Shown: piece after piece, positions 42,001 through 55,409 of the stretch
How positions within the stretch are numbered: position 1 is the stretch's first letter
Layout of the letters: each line of letters begins with the position of its first letter
NCBI GenBank assembly: GCA_028534125.1
Contig: CM052817.1
Coordinates: 53,880,001 to 53,944,000 of the forward strand
Direction of reading: 5' to 3'
Length of the DNA stretch: 64,000 bases
Origin: Lama glama
Taxonomy: Eukaryota
The notes under the pieces: generated by a model
What the model was told of the DNA's origin: nothing
What the model saw: only the letters and a program-made list of their open reading frames with translations
Database searches by the model: none
Program-made: the position numbers and the translations under genes

Positions 42001-43269
42001 AAGACTCTGTATAGATATAAAATTTTGCAACCAAAGAATTAAAGAATCATTGATAAAATGATATGATGCCAATAAATACTATAAAAGTATACTGAACTGT
42101 ATACATACATAAAATAGTATTGTTGGAGGCAATTGCTGGCAAGAACTGGTTTACATATCATCATGTAAATATCTACACTGTCCCAGTTTAACTATGTTAC
42201 TGTATCCTTATAATCTCTTCCAAGTTTCCCACAAACTGCCATATCTCCCACAGAAGCTACTGACTTCTGTCATTAAGGGTTAATAAAACCACTGAGCAGA
42301 TTCTGCATCATTAAATACAGCATTAAATAGAGTGGAGAGTGATAACCGTTAGTTAATACAAGAGAAGACAAAAGTATAATGGGACACGGGACGTAGTCAT
42401 GAGTAGTTTCTTCCTTTATCTCAATATAAAAAATGTCCAAAAAGGAAGAGGTAAGGGGGAATTCCAGGAGAACTGACGCCTAAAAGAAAATGCTAAGAAA
42501 TAAACTATCAAAACACAAAATTTTAATAGTTTATGGTACTTAGTACATCTGTATATGATGACTGCACCTGTCCACACAAAATTTTTAAAATGAATATAAA
42601 CAGGAAAGCTGGCTTACTCTCTCCTTTCCTTCTTTCCTACTCTCCCTCATTCCTTTTTCTTTTCTAACATTTCATGGGTAGCTACTATATGCCCATTAGT
42701 CTAGACACACAAATGTCCTGCAGGAACAAACAGTTCCGTTGTTTCTGACTGACATGTAAAGAATAACTGCACAGAATGCTGTTAAGTGTTACAGAGATAT
42801 AAATGCACTGCAGCACAAGAGAATGAGGAAGCCAGTCAGAGAAGGCGAAGAAAACAGTTCAAAAGCAATGGATGTAGTCTGAGTTTCTTGGAATAACACA
42901 AACAAGCGATGAAGAGGTTTTGCAAACAGGCAAGGACTGTTGAAATGGATGTAAAGGCTACATAAGTGGCGATCTTGAAAGCAGTAACGCTCAAACTATA
43001 AAACGGTGAGTATTGCCATTATTCACTTTTAGCCAGGGTCTTCCCAGTTTGTGGAGGAATAAAGTAAATATATAGCCTTTAATTATATTTTTTTCCTGAA
43101 ATCTTTTTTGACTGCAGTTGTTATCGGTAAAACTAGTACACAATAAAAAAGAAAGCAAAGATGAACTAGAAAATGCATAAAACTATGTTTCACATTTTTA
43201 TGTACTTTTGAGAGGCACAGACCCTCATGAATTGATTTAGGCACAGTCTACACATGAAGTTATTACTGG

Positions 43270-43720
43270 ATCTCATGCTGGAGTAAAATAGGATGAGGTT
43301 TAGCTGTTGGTGACAGAAATCCAACATAACAGTGGCTAACTCAAGAAGTCATTTTATTTCTCTCTCATGAGAAAACAGGTTTCCAGGGCTAATATGGAAG
43401 CAAGCATCTTCTTTCATGTTCCTTGCTTCTTTAATACATAAAGTCTACTCTGTGATCTGCAATGGCTCCACTAGCATATTGCAACCAGCCAATAGAAAGG
43501 ATTAAAAAAAGGGAAGGAGAATGCCACCTTCATTCAAGAACACTGTCCGGAAATTTCATACACCCACTCTATTTATGTACTACTGGCTAAGACATACCTT
43601 AGCTGCAAGGGAAAATCTCTTTCATCCCAGTAGCCAATGGTCCAGCTAAAAACAAAGACTCCATTATTGCAGAAGAAGAAGGTGAACAGATGCTGAACAT
43701 CTAGTTGTCTCTGCTATATG
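43270..43720 (-). mobile_element. Old MaLR LTR (MLT1J/K-like)
   Basis: tttagctgttggtgacagaaatccaacataacagtggct...cttagctgcaaggga. Confidence 0.6.
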
Positions 43721-46516
43721 GATTTTGCATATCTATAAGTTTATATCTTTACATTTAGAAATGACATCACCTTGATCCGATTTCTGAGAGTGAAGGAAAT
43801 GAAACGATTTTATGGCATGAAAAAGGAATCTGTCTCTCTCTGTCCTATCACACCCTTCCCACCTAGGCCCATGTTTTGAGAGCTTTAATCCCCTGGTCTT
43901 TTTTATTCCCTTTTTCCATTTCAGTCACTCAACACTTGTATAGATGAGGTAATAATCATAAGAATTATAAGTTGCTTTTTTTCTTTCCTTACATGTGTTT
44001 CCTCATAGCCTCTTACTGAAAGCAATTTGTAACAGCCCTTATAGAACCAGTGCTGGAACACCTGTTTCCAATCTCCAATGTATAAAGTACAGCTTCAGTG
44101 TAGGCTACACGCATTCATGATTAGAAGCCTCCGTTTAGCTGGTCCTTTCAAGAAAATTCATCAGCTACTGAAAACAGCAAATGATGCAGCTTCATACAAA
44201 ACACAAACTGCTTTCAATTAGAGTTTTATAAAGTCATCTTCTAGCCTCAGGATTATGACAAAACTGATGGATTTTATTCATCTGTGATCAATACATTAAA
44301 AAGATTTTGATTTTCTAAACAATACAGTGGATTTTTTTTTTTTAAACCAAGAACACCTGAGAAGATGGCTCTTTGGCCAGCTGCTTTTTTCTTCCATAGG
44401 AGGATGACTCAACAATGTTTTTGTGCTGTATAACCAAATGCAAAAGAAAATCTATCTCACTAACCTTTTCAATCAACTACTTACCTAAATCTAAACTCTG
44501 AGAACACTAAAACAGAATGATGAAGACTTCTTAGCCTTTAGAGACATCCCTTTTGTTGTTCTAAAAGTGAGTTATCTTGTAGATTAAAAATCCATTGGAA
44601 AAGAACAGAATGTAAGCTTGATTACATACTTACATATATAGAAAAATTCAAAGGAAACAAGAAAAGGAGGAAATGGAGGGAGTAAAAGAAAACAAAAAAA
44701 TCCCCCTAACCAAAATATGATTGTCTTAGCCACCTGCAAACATTTACCTCAGTTCTCTCATATGAATAATATTTTAACCTATATAATTTATTTTCACATT
44801 TCTCTGTAAGTTGTTGCTTTTGGTATTAAAAGGTTTCAACTAGTGCCTTTTTTAGCATCTCTGTGTTATGAAATTCTGTCATATATAGAAAAACAGATTT
44901 AAATTAGGCTTTGGGAGTTTGCCATTTCATAAAATTTTCCCTTAGGAGTTTTCAGCTAATTAAACAAATGATTGTAAAATACCCCGAATGTCAACTTTGC
45001 TGGCTCTTACCAGGGACAGCTAAAGCCAAATTTCAGGCATCTATCTCCATACAAGCTGGCTTCCTCCCATGCCCTCTCCTCCTGGCACTACAAGTAGTAC
45101 TATGATAGAAGTGTGTGCAAAGATAAGAGTAAAGTAGTTTAGGCATCAAGGAACTCAAACTTTCATGAAAATACCAAGCAGGTAGGAATAATTTCACTAT
45201 TCAGATGATATTCAGCAATGGAAATTATTTTTTGCTCATGACAAATTATTTACTTTGTCCAATAAAATAATTTCTTCCATTCTACAATTTTAAAATGATC
45301 TTATGATTTAAATTATCCCATGGAGATGTTCCTTCCTCTTCACAAAGTTAATTTGTCCTCCTTGTGTGAAATATTCTTAGAAACCAATCTGTTTTGCCTT
45401 CTTTAACTTTTTTTTCTCATCTTTCATTCTCAAAATCCCATGTCGACTAGTGCTGACATGAAGTTCTGAGTGAATTAAGATGAACAGTTAGATGAAGAGG
45501 TAGGGAGAACAGAACATTTGAAATAGAATTTCCTTAAGGGTACAGGCTACCCTGATTTAGACTTGAAAATTATCCGAGAATATCTGTTAGGCCTGAGGAT
45601 ATATATGAAGATTTAAGAAACTACATAATTTATATGCAAATACATAAGTGAGCCTCTAGCATATTGGAAAGGCCTGATGGAGGCCAACAATTCTGTTATG
45701 CCTAAGGATTTTCATATTTTGAGTTTTCAGTATTTAAAGGTTTGAACCAAGATTTTCATTGTTGTCATGGTTGTTTTTGTTTAGGCAAAATTGGAGAGAG
45801 AAAAAGGAGAGGCCCTAGTGAAGAAAGGAAGGGGAGGGGGTGTGGAAAGACGAGCTCATGGCTGCCTTTTAGGGAGAATGTGGAATATTTTGACTTTAAA
45901 ACTTATCCAGTGTACATTTTAGTTTTACACTGATAAAATACACCTGGAATTTAGTTACTACTCTCCCTTGAGATTAGAGGAAGCTTGAGAAGGAAATCTT
46001 TATTAGTCTTGGAATAGATAAAGAGAAGGGAGAAGGGAAGGGAGAATTCTAAAGAAAAAAATCTAAAACAGACAAAAACCGTCTCCTCCTCTTTGGTTGA
46101 AGAGGAAATGTTCCCTGAAGTAGCATATTTTGATACACTGTACAGAAGCAGTAGAGATTCTTTTAACACTTTCCTTCCTCCAAATCCAGACGTAAACTCA
46201 AGAACCTGGGCTGGTTTCCAAATTATCTGACTCATTCTTTTCGGGAAAAATTCTCATTTTGAGAAGGGACAGCAAGAAAACTAAACAACAACAAATACCT
46301 TTACTATAATCTCCCAAAGATCCTAGCACAGTAACTAGCAAAATAAACACTGAAAAAAGAAAAGCAAAAATAGAGAAGTTCAGTAGTGTTTGGTTAGTTA
46401 AAAAGATGGAGATACTGATTTCAGAAGAGTGAGTTCAGACTTAGACTCACAAAAGTGTACACTCAAAACGTATTACTACTAGTCACACACAGTTAGAGCT
46501 TCCCTCTCCTTATACG

Positions 46517-46904
46517 TGTTAAAAAATAAAACAACACGCCCAAAATGGAGTGATTATGCTTAAGCCTCAGGTCACTAGAACGAGACTTAATTATAGTTTC
46601 AGCTTTCTGAGAAATGGAATCTTAAACCAGGCAATCAGGAATCACCTGATCAGCACCAGCTGGATAATCTACCTGATAGACCCCTCCATCCCCTAAAGGA
46701 AAGTAACCTGGCAATAACCAGTCTGCAGTTCTGCCTAATATAACTTCCTTGCTTCAACTCCCTTCTGCCTATAAAAGTCTCTCATTTTGTACAGCTCCTT
46801 AGATCTCCTTTCTATCTGCTAGATTGGATGCTGCCCACTTCAAACCAATTTTTGCTCGGAAAAATTCTTAAAATTTTTAATATGCCTCAGTTTATCTTTT
46901 AACA
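46517..46904 (+). mobile_element. ERV1-type solo LTR inserted into a MIR
   Basis: Terminal inverted repeat TGTTAAAA...TTTTAACA and internal CTATAAAAG TATA. MIR-like sequence resumes after it (gtaaatggga...gtgaaaattaaatga). Confidence 0.85.
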
Positions 46905-48544
46905 TGTGTAAATGGGATTTTATATCACTTCAGGTGTCTGTGAAAATTAAATGACACAAACTAGTTACTGGTTAATTCCTCTAAATAAAAAAGGTAGTAT
47001 CATTCTATGCTATTATATGAGAACCATGCTTTTACAGACAATAATTTTTCATGTGACTTATCTCCAAAACCTGTAACTAAATCAAAAGCAACCAATTAAA
47101 AAGAGAACCTGGAAGAATTATGACAATTAAAAAGAAAATTACCATAAGAATACATTTTCCTGTTAATTAATTCAATAATCACAATATAACTACAAACTTT
47201 CCAGTTATATAAACACAAAGAGCACCATGGATAGCAACATATTTTAAAACTACTACATACAGCATGATAGTTTAAAATAGTCCAGCATATACCCTCCTCC
47301 TTCCTGCCCCACTGCCCCATTACACGCTACCTACCAAGTCTCCTTAACAGAAAATCACCCTGTCAACAAAACCCTTTATGTTAAGTGATTCTGAAGATCA
47401 TTTTGTATTAGTTTCACTGGCATTCAACTCAGATTTCTTAAAAGATCATCTCTATCTTGTCTAGACACTTAGACATACTAATGAGTTAGTCATAGACACA
47501 GTCTTTTTTTTTTATTAAATTGAATGAACCCCCTTATCTCCTCCACGGTAGAATAGAACTAGAGGAAGAAATTAAATGAATCAGCATCTTTACACCTTTT
47601 CTTAAAGATCAAAGGCACAGACTTTTCTTTAACTTCCAACCAGAGAAGTTATAGTTTTTCTTGTGATAAACCTCCATTCATTAATATAACAGAATTGGTA
47701 ATTCTTCAACTTTTCTACTGTAAGACATTGGACACATTTATATGTTAGATACCTATATCTATATTTAACTAAAGTAATTCAATTGTATGTGCTCATATGT
47801 AGTTCTAATTTACTTCATATAAACAAAATTTGAAGTTTCAATAGATGAATGGTCCTGAGTTTACCTGCATGACAGTCTTACATTAAATAAGACAAATGCT
47901 TACCTACCATGAGAAATCTATAAAAATTTGTTTGTTTCCTTTTTAAAGAGCTAGGTTCAGATTCAAGTAATTTTAAACCACTGTACATATGTACATACAC
48001 TTAAAATAGCTCTGCATTTTTTAGAAACTGTTCACAAGATTTCTTGTTTTAAACTTGATATTTATCTTTAGATATAATGAGATGCTCAGAGTGATTTATG
48101 AAGACATTATTTCCATTTTCCCTTATGATAGAATCCAGCAAGTGTAATTATTACTACATGGCATCACAGAGTGGTTTATATTTAGCTACAGCTTGGGGTC
48201 TGGGTAATGTGACCCATGGTACTGAGAATTTGATGAGAAACAAATTTTATCAACAACAGACAACTCAGTTCTAAAGCTTACTCCTAACTGCTTATAGTAC
48301 ATTGTAACAAATAGAATTCAATACACTTTAATTTTAAAATTATAATGCAATGTCATTCTCCCAACCCCCATCTCTGGGAAATAACTATTAATGGTAACAG
48401 TGTGTGATCTGTTCTTCCTAGAAGGCTATCATGATTGTTATTTTTAAAAATTGTTTCCTAAGAGGTACTAGTATTTTGCTACTTTTATCATATTTTTTAC
48501 TGACTATAAAATATGTGGTTACTGTTTGTAATCTTTTCCAGAGT

Positions 48545-48720
48545 CCCAGCCCTAGTGCTTAATAGCTGCATAACCCGGGATGAGTTACCTCATCTGCTCT
48601 AAGTCTCAGTTCCTAATTTCTATAATGAGGATAAAGAGACCCACCTTCCCAAGTTTTCATAAGAATTAGAAATAACCTATGTGAAGTACAAGTGTACCAG
48701 GCTTAAAGCTGCCATCCAGT
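48545..48720 (+). mobile_element. MIR SINE
   Basis: ctctaagtctcagttcctaatttctataatgaggataa. Confidence 0.65.
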
Positions 48721-50570
48721 CAGTGGTGACCGTTCTTGTTCTTATTTTATTTGCTAATAGCATTTCTAAAGATATTTCCTAAGTGTTGGATTTCAATTTG
48801 TTTCTATTATTCAGTATTACTCCTACAGTTACAGCTGGATAGAACTGAGTAAAGTCATATTTTAAATTACATGTTTATAAAGGCAAAGATTTCACATGAC
48901 AGAATAAATGGAAATCACTTACTAATTTTTTCTTAATCGAGAACACATCAAAAAGTTCCAGAGAAGTAAATCTGTTTCATGATAAATACAGTAATTTAAA
49001 AAGGAAATCTTAATAACTACTATAATAAGCATTCATGAATAATACTTTTATTCAAGGAAAAATATTAGCATAAGGAAGACATTTGGGTTTTACATGTCTT
49101 CTGATTTGAAATTATGGGTACTTCAGATTCATATAGTTTTAAAATGCATAATGTCCTGAATTTCACACATTCAAATTTGATTGGTAAAATGAACAAGAGA
49201 CTATAACATTTCATATCAATCATTTAACACTGTCTATTCTGAATCACATAATAAAAAAAGAAAGAAAACTCTCCAGTGGATTTTATAAAGGAAACAATGC
49301 ACTTAAATTGTTTCCACTTGGCCTTTAGAACTCTATGACTCCAAGGTTTCAATTATTTGCATGGCAAAGATAATTCAGCAGTACATACAATAATGGGTTT
49401 ACATAGTTTGATAGGAACCGAGTTATAGAATATTTTTCTCAGAGATCATAGAATTTTGGAGCTTTAACGTAGTGAGTAGTTTTTCTAGTTTGGAAAATGA
49501 AAAGAGATTAAGTCATAATCTTTGTGAAAATATAAAAAGGAATAAAATCAGTTAAAGTGTGAATTCTCAAAAAATTATGTCATTTTTCTTTAGATTAACT
49601 ATTTTTCAATCAATTTTTACAAACAAATCTAATTATTTTCCCCAAATTCCCAGCAGTTTAATGGCTCTGATTTAATAATGGTTCTAATTATACCCAAGAG
49701 GGAAAAGAGAGCTGCTTACATTTTGGAATTATTCCCTTTCTTGCTGACTGAAAGCAATTTACATTTTGCTGCCCCACAGCCTAAAATAGATGCTGTACCT
49801 TAAACTTTTCCGTTAAAGTCAATAAAAGTTTATCAAATGACTGGTGTTCAAGGTAAGATCTGTACATATCATTTATAGTCTTCATTGTGATAGTTTCTCT
49901 TTTCTTGTTAAACACTTAAAAGCGTTGTTCATATTATTTTCTTGAGTTAAGCCCATTTCAGTATGTATGAAGACTAAAGCTACTTATTAAAATGGATTTT
50001 AAAGATTGTAATTATAGCTAGAAACAAAAAGGCAAAGTGTTCACTTCTGCACGTTTTTTATATAGAATAAACCAAGCACCCTTGTAAAAATTATGCTCGT
50101 TATTCTACATAAAATTGCAGGGTAGCTCGTATTTTTCCTACCACTTATACATCATGATACATGCTTCTATTCTCAATTAGTCTTGGCATAACCAGCAAAA
50201 ATAAAATAAATTTGAGGATACAGATACAAATAAATGCATTTTTTCCTTTTAATTTCCAGATGGTCATGTCTCTTAATGGTTTTCATTTTGCACACAAAAA
50301 CATTCAAGATCTTGCCTGAAGACACTGCAGGAAATATATTTAGCTCTACACAAACATGATGATCAGAAAGGTGAAAAAAACAATGATTTTGTACAGTCAA
50401 ATGACTATAAAACCAAGTTTTCCAATAAGGTTCCATATGATCTAGATTTTTGATACACTGGATCCAATGAAGCTGTGAGAAAAATACATATGAGACGACG
50501 GGGGAAAAAAAAGTAAATGAACAGAGGTCCCTGCCAAGTACCAGTCTATTGGTTTAAAATAGGTGCTCAG

Positions 50571-51114
50571 CAAAACATGGAAACAGCCTAAATGTCCATC
50601 AATAGGTGACTGGATAAAGAAGATGTGGTATATTTATACAATGGAATGCTACTCAGCCATAAAAACCGACAACATAACGCCATTTGCAGCAATATGGATG
50701 CTCCTGGAGAATGTCATTATAAGTGAAGTAAGCCAGAAAGAGAAAGAAAAATACCATATGAGATCACTCCTATGTGTAATCTAAAAAACAAAAACAGAAA
50801 CAAACAAACAAAAAAAACAAAGCGTAAATACAAAACAGAAATAGACTCATAGACCTAGAATACAAACTTGTGGTTGCCAAGGGGGCGGAGGGTGGGAAGG
50901 GATAGATGGGATTTCAAAAATGTAGAATAGATAAACAAGATTATACTGCATAGCACAGGGAAATATACACAAAATCTTATGGTAGCTCACAGAGAAAAAA
51001 ATGTGACAATGAACATATATATGTTCATGTATAACTGAAAAATTGTGCTGAACACTGGAATTTGACACAATATTGTGAAATGATTATAAATCAATAAAAA
51101 AATGTTTAAAAAAA
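50571..51114 (+). mobile_element. Young 5'-truncated L1 3' end
   Basis: acatggaaacagcctaaatgtccatc...ggataaagaagatgtggta...tcaataaaaaaatg. TSD taaaataggtgctcag at 50555-50570 and 51285-51300. Confidence 0.95.
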
Positions 51115-51231
51115 GAAATACTAAAAAAAGATTATAAAACTATAAATTCAAACTAAGAAAAACTGCAATAAAATTAGTAGCTTAATACATTTTCAGCACA
51201 GTATGTCAAAAAACAAAGAGAACACTGTAAA

Positions 51232-51284
51232 AACTAAACTAAACTAAACTAAACTTAATGAAACTAAACTAAACTAAACTAAAA
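51232..51284. repeat. (AAACT)n patterned A-tail
   Basis: aaactaaactaaactaaact... immediately before the 3' TSD. Confidence 0.9.
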
Positions 51285-52619
51285 TAAAATAGGTGCTCAG
51301 GTCTAGTCAGCTGTCTAGTGCTGGGACTGACTCAGGGCTCTCCTATGTGAAGCTTACTCTGCAGGTTTTAGAACTTTTTTGCCAGCCAGCTAAGCCTTGC
51401 TGCCAGCTTCCTCGTGATTCTGGTTACACTCGCCCAAGGGTCATCTGGAAAAGACAGCAGTCTTGATCAGTTCATTTGGGAAGCTTGCATCCCTGAAGAG
51501 TCTCAGCCAGAATCATTTGAAGTCATTTTATCATGAGTTTTCACCAAATAAACCTTAACAATATTATTTGGTTTGGTGGTTAAAAGATCATCTTATACAG
51601 CCTGGGTCCCTTAATGAGCTTTTTAGTTGTTCAAGTCTGTGGAATATTCTATGGACTAATATGTCTACTGACCACTGGAATCTTTAGAGAGTGGAAATCT
51701 GAGGCAGCTATGTCCACGCCAATTAGAAATGTGTAATTGTAGTAAGCCTTTGCAATTGCATTCTTTCACACCACCAGAGCTTGTTAATTCTTTAAGATAT
51801 TAGAATTAAATATCCCCCACTTAGCATCTTCCACTTATTTGTCCTTGATGACATATTTCAGTTGTGGAAGACATCCCTTCCAAAATGCATAGTTTCTTTA
51901 ACTTTAAAACTTTAATGAAAAAGCAAATAATCTACAGCCACCTTGTTTCCTATCTCAGTGCTACCGCTCATCGCACTGAAAGCTGGAACTGGGTGGAAGG
52001 CAGGCAGGTTCATAATATTATGTTCCAGGTGGAACCTTCTTTTTGGCAGCTCCAGCCTTTCAAATTGCAAAAGGTAATTGTTACAAGGTGTTGGTACTAA
52101 TGTAGATTCATCTCATACCATCCAACTTTGTCATCAGTTTGTTAGTATATTCCTTTCTGTACCACTCATTTTTTTCCGAATCTGGAAGGTCCAATAATTA
52201 TACTTATCGCTTAATAGTCTTTACAATTTCTTTTCCCATTTACTGGGTCCTACCATCTCCCCATTTCTAAGGTCCTCAGTGGACAGCAGTTGAGACATCT
52301 CTCAAAGAACTTTTTCATAGACAGTAACTTCAATCAGGAGTATTCATAAGCACTGAAGCTCTTTCTGAAAGTGATCCTGAAAACATTTCTTATGTATTTT
52401 CTTAAGTCCAAAGAAGAGGGCTGGAGGGTTCTGCAGATGTCAGTAGGAACATCAATCCTAAACAAGTAAAAAGTACTAATTTCCTGGCTCTTATTTCCCT
52501 GAGCAATGCTCTCACAAACCTAAGCTTCTCTTTTTACTGTTTCTTGTTAATAGATCCTTCTGGTAGTGCCACAGTTGATTATATATTTTGTCTACATGGT
52601 CTAATGGAAGTTTATTATT

Positions 52620-52745
52620 GCTGTTGCTGTGGTAAAAATATATATAGGATAAAATTTACCCTCAATGAACTTTTAGATGCATAGTATAGTATTAACTGTA
52701 TGCAAATTGTTGTATCATTGTAGATCTCTAGGGAAAACTTTCATT
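52620..52745 (-). mobile_element. Short L1M 3'-end fragment
   Basis: ataaaatttacc...tagtattaact...tagatctctag pattern. Confidence 0.55.
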
Positions 52746-55409
52746 TTTCCTAAGAGCATTGTCACTTCTTTAACAAAATCAAACTAAAGTTCATAAGTAA
52801 AGAAAACTGAAGAATTGTACCATTATTTTAAACAGATATACACATTAACATATGGAATTTTATATCACGTGTGATTCTCATTTACACTTTACAAATTTCA
52901 TAAATATAAACAATACATATATTCTAAAATCCCAAAAGGATATCAAATTAATTCTATGTGTTTAAAAAGGGGGCTGGTATTGGAAGAAGGAAATTTACAG
53001 TAAAAGTGACATGAATGGACCATTCATTTGCATGGCCACTAATTCTGTAGGGCAACTGATCATAAATTAAATGCCTGACAGTCAGTAATAGATGATTATA
53101 TCTGACATAATGAAGTTATAATGAAGGTGTTCGCACACTGCTTGACTATTAAGTGCCCATTTATTGTCCCAGCACCAGGTGTGATAGTGATAGGCTATAC
53201 AAATCATCCAGAAGAAATGTCAAAATTTGCTCCTTTGCTGATAAAGTACCACACATGTTTATTAATATAGCAGCTTGTCTTAGAACTGGCCCATCTGCTC
53301 ATTCAAAACAATTCTTTTTCCTATAAATATTTCAGTGTTAAGAGTATGACCACTAGTAATAGTTTTAGAGTAATAGGAATGGAAAGAGACGAGGAGAAAA
53401 AGGAAAATAACAAGAGCTTAAATAAAATACTATGCTTTCTTTTACCTTCGATACATTTAACAGAAGAAGGGGCGGGGAGATAGCTTTTACTGTGGCATTT
53501 GCCTTAGATCAGTGCTTCCTGAGTGTAGGCCACCAGACGGGGTCCAGGTTTCAGCTGTTGCTGGTGCAAGGTGGGAAATGGCAAATTTCATCAATATTTT
53601 CAAAGTACACATTTCAGTAAAGTGTAAAACAAAGTACTCAACTAAGAAATTCTCCAGAGCATTAATTCATATGTATTTAAACTTACCAGAAAATATTTTA
53701 GCTGAGTAGATTTTATAAAGAAAAATATACTACCAATTTTTTGGGGGGGTTGGTTTCAAAATTCTGAGGATTTTCTTCTAAAAACCCATGTTCTTTGAGA
53801 TATTAACATCACATTCTTATATAACAGGAAAAAACAACTGAAGAAAATTTGAATGTGTATCTTTTTTTTTTTCAACTTCAAAAAATCAGAAGTATAAGGC
53901 TAAGGCATTTTCCATCTGGTATTCCAGGTTTTATGCACTTGCAGTGCAGCCTGTATGCTCTGTGTTCTGTCTTCAAGAATGTTTTTTTCTAACAAAAAAA
54001 CAAGTATGCCCTGAGGTGCCCTCTCAAATGAGCACATGCATTTGAAATGAAGAAGTACAAATGTTCAAAGAGTGAAACAAAGGAAAGGCACGGACCATTT
54101 GGTGAGCAGCGGTGGTTTTTACTCTGTAGCCTTGGCTTCATTTATTCATTCATTAAAACCTAAATAAAGTCTGGCAGGCATGCCTTTCAGGTCCCAGGAA
54201 AGAACTTTATCAGACTCAGTATCACATAAATCCACAAGTCATACTCTTCTAAATAAATTACATCTTGGGATAACTAACCACCTGGTGACCAAAGGGCCAA
54301 TTCAATTACTTGTAAAAGGCTAAAGGTCTCAGACACCTCTGAAATTATTTTTCACATCTCCCACAGACTGAAAGGAAATGATTTCCAATCATATTTCATG
54401 TTACATGTATTTTCAAAGGCTTAATAATGGTTGAGCATGAACTTCTCTTGTCTTCCAGGACAGTATCAATATTTACCCAAATTATCAAAATAGAGACCAA
54501 GGAATTATCTTTTTTTTCTCTCAATAGATCCAACCAATCACCATGCCGAATTAAGCTTTAACTGCAATGTCCATGAATCCATCAAGTCTTCTTTACTCCC
54601 ACTGCTACTGTATTTAAGTTTGTGTTCTCAAGAATCTTTCTTGAAATAGCCTACCACCAATTCTCTTTGCTCCCAATCCATCCTAAGCACTGGAGTCAAC
54701 ATTTCTATGTAAAAAAGTGTAAGTATTAATGCCTTCTGTCCTCAAAGTCCTTTGTGGTTTCTATAGGATAACTGACTTGCTAGGTTTAGTACACAAACAT
54801 CTCAGCAACAAGCTCTTTTTCCAGCTTCTTTCTTCCCAGTTCGCACCGTATCAACCGTGGGCACTGAAAACTTTCCCAGTTCCAAAGGCAACGCAGACTA
54901 ACCTGATCAATAGAGTAACAGCTTAGCAATCAACAGCCAAGAAGAGTCTAAGACTATTCTTCTTCTTTAACAGAATCGGTATACAGTGTGCCCAGCAAGC
55001 ACACAGCAAACACAGTGTTTTCACTGGTTATCTGATAGCAGCTAATGCCCTTCTTCCCTTGGGGACTGTAACCCCCCCGGGCATTTGTTGGAATCCAGGC
55101 ATGTGTTCCCTCAAGTACTGCTTCTAAAGGGCTCAGCATCTAGTCCCACAGCAATCTGAATTTGGCAGTTTCCAAATTCGTCTGCTACTTCTGGATCAGA
55201 GAAGTCATACATTACCCAAAGGCCAGTAATGTGGAAAGTGGAAGGGAAAGAAGGAAAGAGAATCTTCGGAAAATTTAAGTGGCAGGAGGGCATTCTCTAA
55301 TGAAATTTAAATAAAGGCCACACCAGTATGACTGAAGTTACCTCTTTCTATGCCATTTTCCACTCTGTAGCTATAGTCATCTTTTAAAAGTCAAAATCAG
55401 ATCATGTAG

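Noticed and set aside
50563..50784. ORF KTWKQPKCPS...WIKKMWYIYTMECYSAIK
   Set aside because: It is the C-terminus of L1 ORF2 in a 5'-truncated copy, not a gene.
51232..51284. Short direct-repeat array, CRISPR- or telomere-like
   Set aside because: Pentamer microsatellite in a retrotransposon tail, with no spacers and in a eukaryotic context.
51650..52600. Possible CR1/L3 LINE relic
   Set aside because: The resemblance is too faint to call without an HMM search.
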